Below, in pieces: positions 1 through 8,951 of a stretch of 45,166 nucleotides of DNA. The translations under genes were made by a program, and so were the position numbers. Source of the stretch: Candidatus Roizmanbacteria bacterium CG09_land_8_20_14_0_10_41_9 (GTDB lineage: Bacteria; Patescibacteriota; Microgenomatia; UBA1406; GWC2-37-13). The notes beneath the pieces were generated by a model that was given only the letters and a program-made list of their open reading frames with translations, made no database searches and had not been told where the DNA came from. Where the stretch lies: positions 1 to 45,166 of the forward strand of contig PEZG01000057.1 in assembly GCA_002774185.1 (NCBI GenBank). Direction: 5' to 3'. Numbering within the stretch: position 1 is the stretch's first letter; each line of letters starts with the position of its first letter.

Positions 1-65
1 AGGATCCTTTTGGCATACACTCAGTATAGCAAATGGTGTATAATGAAAAAAATTCAGAATTTAGA

Positions 66-95
66 ATTAAAAATTAAGAATTCTTAATTTTTAAT
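66..95. repeat. 30-bp perfect palindrome (attaaaaattaagaa|ttcttaatttttaat) centred on GAATTC, in the AT-rich region upstream of rnj
   Basis: Read directly. The second half is the exact reverse complement of the first. Confidence 0.9.
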
Positions 96-133
96 CATTT
101 TTAACTCTCAATTATTAATTCTCGATTATTCTC

Positions 134-1804
134 ATGACCGCATATAAACTTCACTTTGTTCCTCTGGGTGGCATCACGGGCGTTACAAAAAACATGTATC
201 TATACGAACTCTACGAGAATGAAACTCTAAAAGACATTCTTATTGTAGATTGTGGTATTGGTTTTCCTCAAGAAAAAGAATTCGGCGTTGATTTTGTTAT
301 TCCCGACATTTCTTACCTAAAGGGCAAGACGGATAAGATTCGGGCAGTGTTACTCACCCACGGCCACGAAGATCACATTTCCGCCCTCCCCTACCATTAC
401 AACGAACTGGGAAAACCCCAAATTTTCTCCAGCAAGTTAACTGTGGCATTTATTGAAAATAAATTCAAAGAATTTAACCAGAATATTCGGGTGAACCAGG
501 TGCAGTACACGAAAGAATATGCGTTGGGAAATTTCAGGGTGTTTTTCTTTCCCATAACCCATTCCATCCCCGATGCGATGCATATCTTAATAAAAACGCC
601 TGTTGGAAATATCTATCATGCTGCAGATTTTAAACTTGACCTAACTCCTCCCTACGGAAAACCGCCAGACTTTTATTCCATCTCAAAGGCAGGTCATGAC
701 GGGATACTGTGTCTTTTGTCCGATAGTTTGGGAGCAGAGCGTGAAGGGTTAACTCTTTCGGAAAACATTGTCGGACAGACATTTGAAGATGAGATGAGAA
801 AAACAAAAGGTAAATTCATCATGACAACGTTTTCCTCAAATATTTCAAGGATTCGGCAGTGTGTGGAAGCTGCGGTAAAATTTAACCGGAAAATTCTTTT
901 CATGGGACGCTCCATGAAAGAAAACACTACCATAGCTAAAGAGATTGGATATCTTCCTATCCCCCATGATTTCTTATTGAAGGAAGATCAAGTATTGCGT
1001 CTTGCGCCCAATAGGGTGTGTCTTATTGTGGCCGGCTCCCAAGGTCAATATGATTCAGCGCTTTCAAAGCTTGCGCAAAAGCAGAACCCAAATATTAAAA
1101 TAAAACCTGGTGACAAAGTCATCTTCTCATCCGATCCTATTCCGGGAAATGAACAGGAAGTGTACTCGCTGATTGAGGAACTATCTTTGCAGGGAGCAGA
1201 CGTAATCTATTCGGATATTGAAGATCAACTTCACGCTTCAGGACATGGCAACCAAGAGGATTTGAAGTTCCTCGTCCGCTTCACGAATCCAAAATTTTTT
1301 ATACCGATCGGTGGAACGATACGTCATCAACGGCAATACCAGCGGATTGTGGAAGAGATGGGATACCAAAAAGAAACCGTGTTCCTTTTGACTGAAGGAG
1401 AAACCATGTGGTTTACACCGAATAAAGCCTTGCGTGGAGACGATGTTGAAACCAAAAACATCTTTGTAGATGCGTATGGAATAGGAGACGTAGGAAATAT
1501 AGTGCTTCGTGATAGGAAAACGCTTTCTTCCGAAGGCATGGTCGTGGCGGTTCTTGTGCTGGATAATCAAATGAAACTCACAGCGAAACCTCGAATTTTA
1601 TCTAGAGGTTTTGTGTATGAGAAAGAAGAAGAACAACTATATAACACAGCGGTTTCGGTGATAGAGAATGTATTGAAGCCAAAGTCCGGAAGAGTTATGG
1701 ATTTTACTGCAGTTCGAAGAGAAGTAATTGATACTCTTGAAGACTACTTTTTTAAGGAAAAAGGAAGAAAACCCCTGATTGTTGTTGAAATAATTCAAGT
1801 ATGA
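134..1804 (+). CDS. rnj: Ribonuclease J (metallo-beta-lactamase / beta-CASP RNase)
   Basis: HxHxDH motif (LLTHGHEDHISALP). Length of 556 aa and overall beta-CASP layout fit. ATG start, and its TGA stop overlaps the recR ATG (ATGA). Confidence 0.9.
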   Translation: MTAYKLHFVPLGGITGVTKNMYLYELYENETLKDILIVDCGIGFPQEKEFGVDFVIPDISYLKGKTDKIRAVLLTHGHEDHISALPYHYNELGKPQIFSSKLTVAFIENKFKEFNQNIRVNQVQYTKEYALGNFRVFFFPITHSIPDAMHILIKTPVGNIYHAADFKLDLTPPYGKPPDFYSISKAGHDGILCLLSDSLGAEREGLTLSENIVGQTFEDEMRKTKGKFIMTTFSSNISRIRQCVEAAVKFNRKILFMGRSMKENTTIAKEIGYLPIPHDFLLKEDQVLRLAPNRVCLIVAGSQGQYDSALSKLAQKQNPNIKIKPGDKVIFSSDPIPGNEQEVYSLIEELSLQGADVIYSDIEDQLHASGHGNQEDLKFLVRFTNPKFFIPIGGTIRHQRQYQRIVEEMGYQKETVFLLTEGETMWFTPNKALRGDDVETKNIFVDAYGIGDVGNIVLRDRKTLSSEGMVVAVLVLDNQMKLTAKPRILSRGFVYEKEEEQLYNTAVSVIENVLKPKSGRVMDFTAVRREVIDTLEDYFFKEKGRKPLIVVEIIQV

Positions 1805-2424
1805 GCAATTTTCCTCCCAGTTTAAGACAAATCGCTTTTTTTTTGGAACGGCTCCCTGGGATCGGAGAAAAAACCGCAAACAGACTCGCCTTCTTCTTTC
1901 TCCATTTGCCTGAACGGGATCTAAAGGAGTTTGCTTCGTATGTTTCGCAGCTTAAGACGAAAATAAAACTGTGCCATATTTGTCTTAATGTGACAGAAAA
2001 AGATGTCTGCGACATCTGTTCCGATCCGAAAAGGGATAAGCACATAATAACCGTAGTTGAAGAAGTTCTTGATCTGATTTCTTTTGAGACCGGTGATATT
2101 TACCAAGGCGTGTACCACGTCCTCCACGGTAAAATTGATCCTTTAAATCACATTGCTCCAGAAGATATCCACATTGATGATCTTCTGGATCGGGTCGAAA
2201 AAGAAAAAAAATCTGTGAGAGAAATCATTCTGGCGACCAATCCTGACATGGAGGGAGAGGCAACCGCAATGTTCATCCGTAACAAGCTCAAAGAACTGAA
2301 AAAGAATCTAAAACTTACATTCAGCATTACCCGCCTAGGGTATGGTCTTCCGATCGGGGCAAATCTCGAATATGCAGACTATATGACCCTTCGGAAAGCG
2401 ATTGAGAACAGAAACAAATACTGA
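1801..2424 (+). CDS. recR: Recombination protein RecR
   Basis: HhH motif LPGIGEKTANRLAFF, a C4 zinc finger (CHICLNVTEKDVCDIC), and a Toprim-like C-terminal half. Confidence 0.9.
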   Translation: MSNFPPSLRQIAFFLERLPGIGEKTANRLAFFFLHLPERDLKEFASYVSQLKTKIKLCHICLNVTEKDVCDICSDPKRDKHIITVVEEVLDLISFETGDIYQGVYHVLHGKIDPLNHIAPEDIHIDDLLDRVEKEKKSVREIILATNPDMEGEATAMFIRNKLKELKKNLKLTFSITRLGYGLPIGANLEYADYMTLRKAIENRNKY

Positions 2425-2433
2425 CCCGTTACC

Positions 2434-3351
2434 CTATTTTTTCTCAAACTCCTCAACTATCAATGGAGCTATGGAAACTTCATACAGTTTTGGGATTTTT
2501 TGATGTTTAGCTAGTTGAATCGTATTCGTGGTGAATAGTTTCACGAGACGGGAATCTTGAATAACCTCATGGGCTTTTTCGGTAAAATCATGGTGAACAA
2601 TCACGGCATATATGTCATCCGCACCTCTTTCAAGGCACAAATCCACCGCATTAATCAATGTTTTCCCCGAGGTGACCACATCATCCACCAAGATAACGGT
2701 TTTTCCTCTAACATCTCCGTAGAGGTCAAGTGCTTTTGATGCATGGATTTTTTCCAAATCCCTCCTTTTTTCAATGATGCTTAAGTGAAAATCATTCGTG
2801 CCAAAAAAGTAATATCCGAATTTTCGAGCCCGTTCAATACCACCCTGATCTGGAGATACGATCGATACCGCGTGCGCGGATTTTATTTCTTTCCTTGCAG
2901 TTTTCGCAAGTAGTTCAAGAGCGGAGAGATTTTTGAACGGGATAGAAAACACTCCCGCAGTTCCATCGTCATGTAAATCGATCGTGTATATCTTATAAAA
3001 TCCGATGGATTCCAGAAATCGGATAATTACATTCACAGAGATGCATTCGCCTGGCCTATGCTGGATATCCTGTCGAGCATAACCAAAGTAGGGAATGATC
3101 CCTATTACTTTTTTAGCTTCTTCCCTCCGCAACGCGTCACAAAAGAAGAATAGCTCCATCAGGTGAGTATCCGTAGGATTAGACGTGGATTGAACAATCA
3201 AACAAAGCTCATTTTTTACCTCTTCATCTATACGCACTCTGACTTCAGAATTGCCGAATCGTACGACCTCGGACCCTGAGATGGGAATATGTAGCATGCC
3301 CGATACTTCCTTTGCTAATCCTTCATGGGAAGTTCCGGAAAATAATCTCAT
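2434..3351 (-). CDS. prs: Ribose-phosphate pyrophosphokinase
   Basis: PRPP-binding loop VILVDDVVTSGKTL, N-terminal Prs-type domain, 305 aa. Confidence 0.9.
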   Translation of the reverse strand: MRLFSGTSHEGLAKEVSGMLHIPISGSEVVRFGNSEVRVRIDEEVKNELCLIVQSTSNPTDTHLMELFFFCDALRREEAKKVIGIIPYFGYARQDIQHRPGECISVNVIIRFLESIGFYKIYTIDLHDDGTAGVFSIPFKNLSALELLAKTARKEIKSAHAVSIVSPDQGGIERARKFGYYFFGTNDFHLSIIEKRRDLEKIHASKALDLYGDVRGKTVILVDDVVTSGKTLINAVDLCLERGADDIYAVIVHHDFTEKAHEVIQDSRLVKLFTTNTIQLAKHQKIPKLYEVSIAPLIVEEFEKK

Positions 3352-3605
3352 AGTTGACTTACCTCCATTAATTTCTTTGCGGCGAGCTCCTGAGTTTTTT
3401 TTACGGCTTCGTTTACCGCCTCGGCGATTCTATTCTCAATCACTCCATCTACTTCAACTTCGAAAACCACCTGGTCGCCGCGCATATTGACGCGTACGCC
3501 ATTTTTCTCTACCTGTACGTATTCTTTCTGCAATTCCTGTTGCATTTTTTGGGCCTGCTGCTGAAGTTTCCTCATATCCCCAATTGCACCAAATGGATTC
3601 ATCAT
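3348..3605 (-). CDS. ybaB: YbaB/EbfC family nucleoid-associated protein
   Basis: 85 aa with a MRKLQQQAQKMQQELQ helix. It sits in the conserved position directly downstream of dnaX and overlaps prs by 4 nt. Confidence 0.8.
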   Translation of the reverse strand: MMNPFGAIGDMRKLQQQAQKMQQELQKEYVQVEKNGVRVNMRGDQVVFEVEVDGVIENRIAEAVNEAVKKTQELAAKKLMEVSQL

Positions 3606-3619
3606 AGAGTGTCTTTTAC

Positions 3620-4669
3620 CTAATGGTCAACTACTCTCCTATTATAGAATTCAGCAATCGATATCTCAAGGGGTAACGATTCAATAGGCGATGCCCGTAA
3701 ATCTCCGTAAGCCTGCATCAATAATTTTATGAGAAGTAAAATTTCTTGCGTGGAAAGGTGAGTAATGATAGTGTTTTCTCCAATTCCCTTCGTGTGCAAA
3801 AATGCTTCATGTAATTCCTCCAGTATGTTCTCAATGAGGAATTTGAAATTGCCTCCTCCTTGAGAAAACTCTTCTATCCATGCAAGTGTAGTTTTCAAGT
3901 CTTTTTGATCGATAATCTCCAGAAGATTATTTTTCCCCCGTATCCCAAGGTATTTTTCAACATCCTGGAGTTTGGAAATCTTTTGCATCGAAATCTCCTC
4001 CAGTATCTTAGCCGCATCTCTAAATGAGTGTTCTGAATACTGAGCAATCATTTGAAGAATGTTCTCTTCCAGTTGGATATTTTCATTCTTAACAATCCGT
4101 TTCAACATACGGATGATGTCATCTTTGCGAGCAATGCCAAAATTCACCTTCACGCATCTTGACACGATTGTTTTGGGAACCTTTTCTAGGTTGGTGGTGG
4201 CAAGGATAAAAATGGTAGTATCGGGAGGCTCTTCCAAGGTTTTCAACAGCGCATTGAATCCGTCGGGGGTAATCATATGGGCTTCATCGATGATGAAGAC
4301 TCTGTACCGCCCCGACATAGGAAGAAATGCAGTTTCTTTGATGAGGTTTTTTACTTCCTCGATCCCACGGTTGGATGCCGCATCCATCTCGAAGACATCC
4401 GTAAAAGAAGACGAGGCGATACTGAGGCAGTTGCGGCATTTGTTGCACGGTTCAATTGACGAATTTTTTTTGGAACCCAATGCATTATTCAAACAATTTA
4501 CGGCCTTTGAAAAAATTCGTGCGGCGGACGTTTTACCCGTACCTTTTTGCCCAACAAAGAGGAGTGCATGGGGTAAATCCTTTGATTCCAGGATTTTTTT
4601 TAAGGTCGAAGTAACCCTAGAATTGTCAATTTCTTCTATGGTCCTGGGTCGATAGGTAAGATAGAACAT
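3620..4669 (-). CDS. dnaX: DNA polymerase III subunit gamma/tau, short form
   Basis: Walker A GQKGTGKTSAARIF, a Cys-rich zinc module (CNKCRNC), Walker B FIIDEAHM and SRC motif TIVSRC. At 349 aa it has no tau C-terminal extension. Confidence 0.85.
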   Translation of the reverse strand: MFYLTYRPRTIEEIDNSRVTSTLKKILESKDLPHALLFVGQKGTGKTSAARIFSKAVNCLNNALGSKKNSSIEPCNKCRNCLSIASSSFTDVFEMDAASNRGIEEVKNLIKETAFLPMSGRYRVFIIDEAHMITPDGFNALLKTLEEPPDTTIFILATTNLEKVPKTIVSRCVKVNFGIARKDDIIRMLKRIVKNENIQLEENILQMIAQYSEHSFRDAAKILEEISMQKISKLQDVEKYLGIRGKNNLLEIIDQKDLKTTLAWIEEFSQGGGNFKFLIENILEELHEAFLHTKGIGENTIITHLSTQEILLLIKLLMQAYGDLRASPIESLPLEISIAEFYNRRVVDH

Positions 4670-4694
4670 AAATACAACTCAAAACTTCTGCGCT

Positions 4695-5048
4695 CTATTC
4701 ATTCAAAATGTTTTCAATGCCGTGTCTGATAAGTTTTGTGATGGTCTCGTCTACCCTTCTTTCTCTTTCTGCAGCCAACAGGATAGCTTGAGGATAACAA
4801 ATGACGATCTCTCCCATAAGTTTTCCATCCGATTGTGCCTCTTTGGAGTAATCGAAAGATAATACCGGGAGAGCAACTTCCTCGTTCTTATATTTTTTGG
4901 AGATGGTTTTCATCTTATTACGTCCGACGAATACAATATTGAGAATCAGATCGGGTGACACCTCATATGCATCCAAAATGTCTTGGGCTTCTTTCCGTAT
5001 TTTTCTTCGATTTATTTTATACCTTGACGAAGTAACGATATATATCAT
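4695..5048 (-). CDS. ybeY: YbeY-like protein lacking the complete His triad
   Basis: VLSF and GEIVIC blocks align with YbeY. The C-terminus reads HGIENILNE-stop where YbeY has H-x3-H-x5-H. ATGA overlap with upstream rpsU. Confidence 0.6.
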   Translation of the reverse strand: MIYIVTSSRYKINRRKIRKEAQDILDAYEVSPDLILNIVFVGRNKMKTISKKYKNEEVALPVLSFDYSKEAQSDGKLMGEIVICYPQAILLAAERERRVDETITKLIRHGIENILNE

Positions 5049-5260
5049 GGTCTATGCCTTTGAGAAAATTTCGGATATACGCTTCTTTTCCCCCTATTTT
5101 TTAACCGTTCCTTCTCTTTTTCTTTCCGCAGAAGAGAGGGCTTTTTGTAGAATTGCCTTTTCCGAACGTCATCCACGATATTTTCATCGATAAAAGATCG
5201 TGTAAATTTACGAAATAAGCTGTCTTTCGACTCTCCTTTTTTCTTAATAATTACTACCAT
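5045..5260 (-). CDS. rpsU: 30S ribosomal protein S21
   Basis: Basic 71-aa protein (VVIIKKKGESKDSLFRKFTRS...FYKKPSLLRKEKEK) resembling S21. Start moved to the ATG at 5260, which follows a GGAGGTG Shine-Dalgarno. The track start at 5296 is GTG. Confidence 0.7.
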   Translation of the reverse strand: MVVIIKKKGESKDSLFRKFTRSFIDENIVDDVRKRQFYKKPSLLRKEKEKERLKNRGKRSVYPKFSQRHRP

Positions 5261-5316
5261 AACTACACCTCCCCTCACTACAAACATGACATACACGTTT
5301 GGTGCTATTGATTGTA

Positions 5317-6153
5317 TTAAATTTCGCGGATGATTTCAATCAGTCTTTTAAGGGAGATGACCGAAGGAATCAGGGTGGGATTTTTTGAAGAACCGTTTAG
5401 GAGCATATTTGTTGAAATATGGAGAAACCATGAGGCTTTTCTGTCTTCAAATGCGAGTTTTTTATAAAGAGGGGTCAAATCTAATTTTTTCTGGGGGAGG
5501 GTTTTTATCCGGATGTTCCCTCTTATTGGGTCCTTTCTCGCGACAAAAGAGAAACCCATCTTTAGCGCAAGTTTCATTGCTTCTTCGTTCTCGGTTCCCA
5601 TAATCAAAGATCGTCCCCATTTGGATTGAAACACGTATCCCTTCTTGATTTCTTCCTCAGCGGCCACCTTTTTTCTGAAAATCTGGAATGTTGCGCTCAG
5701 GAGCGTGTGTGAAGCAGTGCATACTTTTGCGTCATCTCTTTCAACGTATTTCAAACCTTCAACAAGTTGATGAAGGCATAGGTCATATCGATCGTCTGTC
5801 GGATCAGGAAAATATGCTTCAGCAAAGTGATCGAGTTCATTCACCACATGAACCAACCGTTCAAGTGGAACAACAACCTTTCTTTCTAAGTGATGATTTC
5901 TTAATAGGTGCTCATAGATTAATTTCGTTGCTGATGTTCGAAGGGGTTTTTGGTGATGGTCGAACACGCCCAATCCAGTGTCCACGTGGATAATATTGGG
6001 ATTTGTGTCAACAGGCCCATTTTCATAAGTAGAACCCGCTGGGACAAATTGAAGTTGTGCCTTATCCCAACCAGGAAGAAAAGTTTTGATAAGCCAACAC
6101 CCCGTAACCGCATCAAGGTCAGGCGACGTATGGGTAACAAGTGTTTTTATCAT
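5317..6153 (-). CDS. DHH-superfamily phosphoesterase-like protein
   Basis: N-terminal HTSPDLDAV (DxD) and VFDHHQ (DHH) motifs only. No further family resolution by eye. Confidence 0.4.
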   Translation of the reverse strand: MIKTLVTHTSPDLDAVTGCWLIKTFLPGWDKAQLQFVPAGSTYENGPVDTNPNIIHVDTGLGVFDHHQKPLRTSATKLIYEHLLRNHHLERKVVVPLERLVHVVNELDHFAEAYFPDPTDDRYDLCLHQLVEGLKYVERDDAKVCTASHTLLSATFQIFRKKVAAEEEIKKGYVFQSKWGRSLIMGTENEEAMKLALKMGFSFVARKDPIRGNIRIKTLPQKKLDLTPLYKKLAFEDRKASWFLHISTNMLLNGSSKNPTLIPSVISLKRLIEIIREI

Positions 6154-6171
6154 GATGTGAGTACCGCATGA

Positions 6172-6741
6172 CTACTTCTTATTGATAATGATTCTACCAT
6201 GATCGTATCCTAACGCATCCAAAACTTTACCTACCGTTTCCATTTGACCCGATGAAAATGTATCGATGACCAAATGGTAGTATTTTGGGTCAAGAAAATT
6301 GTAATTCCCATAAATCCGTTTCCATTCACGGAAATTATCTTCCTCTCTTTTTTTAATAATCTCCTTCGCCTGTTCAATTGTTGTGGTGTCCCGATTCGCA
6401 ACACGGTCAATCCGTATCGCATCGTTATCACATATCAGGAGGATCCGTAACGTATTGTTAAGATCGCGCGCTACAAATCCGCTAAGCCATGCCTCGATAA
6501 CATAGTGTCCTTCGTTTATTAGAAGGTCCCTCGTTCTTTGATCGATCTTGTGATGGAACTTATCTTCGACAAGACTGGCGCGGGGAAGTTTATTTTCGCG
6601 TGTAAAATCCCTCAATAGTTGTCCTCCTGATGTGAATTTCCATCCATAGGGTTCAAGATATGGCTTGAGATTGTTCATGAGAGTGTTTTTCCCAACGGCA
6701 ATTCCTCCAGAAATAGTGACATTTTGAAATTTGAGTTTCAT
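6172..6741 (-). CDS. Cytidylate kinase-like P-loop NMP kinase (archaeal COG1102-type pattern)
   Basis: P-loop ISGGIAVGKNT, an RIDRVANRD segment and a KKREEDNFREWKRIYG block resembling archaeal-type CMP kinases. Confidence 0.55.
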   Translation of the reverse strand: MKLKFQNVTISGGIAVGKNTLMNNLKPYLEPYGWKFTSGGQLLRDFTRENKLPRASLVEDKFHHKIDQRTRDLLINEGHYVIEAWLSGFVARDLNNTLRILLICDNDAIRIDRVANRDTTTIEQAKEIIKKREEDNFREWKRIYGNYNFLDPKYYHLVIDTFSSGQMETVGKVLDALGYDHGRIIINKK

Positions 6742-6743
6742 AT

Positions 6744-7814
6744 CTATCTATAAATTTGTATTATATCACGGATAGTGATCAGAATGGCGATTGACAAAAG
6801 GATTGCGAGTCCAAGCACGTTCAGATTTCTCTCGATGCGTTCGTTTACCCTTTTTTTCCTAACCCATTCATACAGAACAAAAGCCAATCTTCCACCGTCA
6901 AGCGCTGGAAATGGCAGAATATTGATGATTGCAAGATTGAGTGAAAGCAGTGCTACCAGTTCCAATACAGCGTTCTTTCCTATCCGGACAGCTTCACCCG
7001 TATACCTCGCGATTCCCACCGGTCCAGTAACATCAACGGCAGGAGCCTTAAGCGAGATGATTTGGACACTTATCCTGACTAATTCCACAGTAATCGTTCG
7101 AGTAATGTTAAAAGACTCAATAAGTCCATAGATGGGCGTCTCTATCAAGGAATATTTTTTTTCCTGGAAGGTTGTGATGACAATACCTAGAGGTCCTTGG
7201 TCAGCGGGATATTTTTTTCTAGGTATGATAGAGACACGTAGGATCTTTTCTCCTCTTTGGATTTCTAACGTAATCTCTTTGCCTGCAAATTGTTTGGTGA
7301 GCGGGAGGAGATTAGAGGTATCGTCAAGCGCGTACTCTTTATCTGCAATAAATTTTAAAATAATATCTTTTGGCTGTAATCTAGAGCTTTGGGCGGGTGA
7401 ATTTTTTTGTACTTTCTCAACAATGACATGCTTGGTTGGAACCGGTACTCCCTGAGTAAACAGGTAGGAGATGATGAGCCATCCCAACAGCAGATTTCCA
7501 ATGACGCCCGCAATGATGACAGAAGCCTTCTGCCAGGGTTTTTTGTAGACAAAAGAGCGTTTTTTAAGGTGAGGATCACTGTCTTTTTTTATCTCTTGAT
7601 ATTCTTCTCCAAACAATTTCACAAAACCACCAAATGGAAGCAGATTGATGCTATAAAGAGTTTCTCCCTTCCTCACTCCAAACAACCGTGGAGGAAGCCC
7701 AAATCCAAATTCTTCAACGCGGATGCCGTTTTTCTTTGCGGCTATGAAATGTCCAAACTCATGGACAAGGACGAGGACTCCAAGGATAATAAAAAAAACG
7801 AGCGCCGTGAGCAT
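6744..7814 (-). CDS. rseP: RIP metalloprotease RseP (site-2 protease, M50)
   Basis: HEFGHFIAAK (HExxH), central PDZ-like segment, C-terminal LPFPALDGG motif. Start moved to the ATG at 7814 because the track start at 7880 is TTG. Confidence 0.8.
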   Translation of the reverse strand: MLTALVFFIILGVLVLVHEFGHFIAAKKNGIRVEEFGFGLPPRLFGVRKGETLYSINLLPFGGFVKLFGEEYQEIKKDSDPHLKKRSFVYKKPWQKASVIIAGVIGNLLLGWLIISYLFTQGVPVPTKHVIVEKVQKNSPAQSSRLQPKDIILKFIADKEYALDDTSNLLPLTKQFAGKEITLEIQRGEKILRVSIIPRKKYPADQGPLGIVITTFQEKKYSLIETPIYGLIESFNITRTITVELVRISVQIISLKAPAVDVTGPVGIARYTGEAVRIGKNAVLELVALLSLNLAIINILPFPALDGGRLAFVLYEWVRKKRVNERIERNLNVLGLAILLSIAILITIRDIIQIYR

Positions 7815-7905
7815 ATGATATACTAAACTAAATTGTTGAATTGTGCAATTGTTCGATTGTTGCAAAAACAATAGGAGCAATGGAGCAATTGAACAATGCA
7901 GGTTT

Positions 7906-8466
7906 TTATACTTCCATGATCTCCGACTCTTTCTTATCCTTCAATTCCTGGATTTCTTGCATAAGTTTTTGGGTCGTTGCATCAATCTCCTTTTCGATCC
8001 GGAACTTATCATCCTCGGTGATTTCTTTTATGAGGAGCGCATTTTTTACCTGTTTCCTTGTGTTATCACGGTGGTTGCGGACGATGTTCCTTTTTTCCTC
8101 AACAATCTGATTAATCAGTTTGAGAAGTTTGATTCGTTGCTCTTCTGAAAGGGGGGGGATTTTTACAAGGATTCTGCCCCCTTGCATAATGGGACTAATT
8201 CCGATGGGAGATTTCAAAATAGCTTTTTCAATATCCTGTAGAGTGCTTGGATCGAACGGAGTGATGGACAATGCGGAAGGACCATCCGTTGCAATACTAG
8301 CAAGCTCCAGGAGCCTTAATTTTGATTGTCCTCCATAGGCTTCTACAATGATGTTCTCGACAAATGAGGGGGAAGCGCGACCGGTTCGTATGGATTTCAA
8401 CTCTTCCTGCAAATGATGAAATACTGCTTGGATGGTATTTTTCAAATCATCAGTGACGTTTTTCAT
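7906..8466 (-). CDS. frr: Ribosome recycling factor
   Basis: Typical Frr sequence (RTGRASPSFVENI, LSEEQR). ATG at 8466 forms an ATGA overlap with the tsf stop. The track start at 8493 is GTG. Confidence 0.9.
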   Translation of the reverse strand: MKNVTDDLKNTIQAVFHHLQEELKSIRTGRASPSFVENIIVEAYGGQSKLRLLELASIATDGPSALSITPFDPSTLQDIEKAILKSPIGISPIMQGGRILVKIPPLSEEQRIKLLKLINQIVEEKRNIVRNHRDNTRKQVKNALLIKEITEDDKFRIEKEIDATTQKLMQEIQELKDKKESEIMEV

Positions 8467-8930
8467 ACAGATTCGGATTTCCCCAACTCCCACCTTAACA
8501 CTCTTCCTACCTTAATATTTTCTCCAAACTTAAGAACGGCCTCTTTTATGAGTGCGCTTATCGTTTTGCTCGGATCACGGATGTATTCTTGTTCCAGAAA
8601 ATCCCTTGCGTTTTTTGCCGGGATAGAGGCTGCCTGCATGCACAGTTCAACCCCTAGTTTTTTGAACTCCCTATTATTGGATACGAAATCAGTCTCACAA
8701 AAAAGCTCAACCATCGAAGCAACCTTATTATTATGATGCACATAGGAAAAGATTCCCCCTTGGGACGTGGTTCTTTCTGATTTCTCGCTCGCTTTTTTCG
8801 CTCCCCATGTATTGAGTAGTTTTTTAGATTCCTCTATGTTATTTTTCGTCTCTTCCAACGCTTTTTTGCATAAAGAGAACGATATACCTGTTTGTTCACG
8901 GAGTGATTTTAATTTCTTGTAGTCGACCAT
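8463..8930 (-). CDS. tsf: Elongation factor Ts, short form
   Basis: UBA-like N-terminus LKSLREQTGISFSLCKKALEE. Position directly after rpsB. Confidence 0.8.
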   Translation of the reverse strand: MVDYKKLKSLREQTGISFSLCKKALEETKNNIEESKKLLNTWGAKKASEKSERTTSQGGIFSYVHHNNKVASMVELFCETDFVSNNREFKKLGVELCMQAASIPAKNARDFLEQEYIRDPSKTISALIKEAVLKFGENIKVGRVLRWELGKSESV

Positions 8931-8951
8931 AGATTAAATAACCAATCCAAA

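Noticed and set aside
10-44. Promoter for rnj (TTGGCA at 10-15 with TATAAT at 39-44)
   Set aside because: The spacer would be 23 nt, too long for a sigma70-type promoter. Only the -10-like hexamer is noted, within the palindrome finding.
4059-4655. 198-aa ORF on the plus strand
   Set aside because: It is fully antisense to the well-supported dnaX gene, and its composition is a mirror of the dnaX codons. The 60-aa ORF at 4277-4459 is rejected for the same reason.
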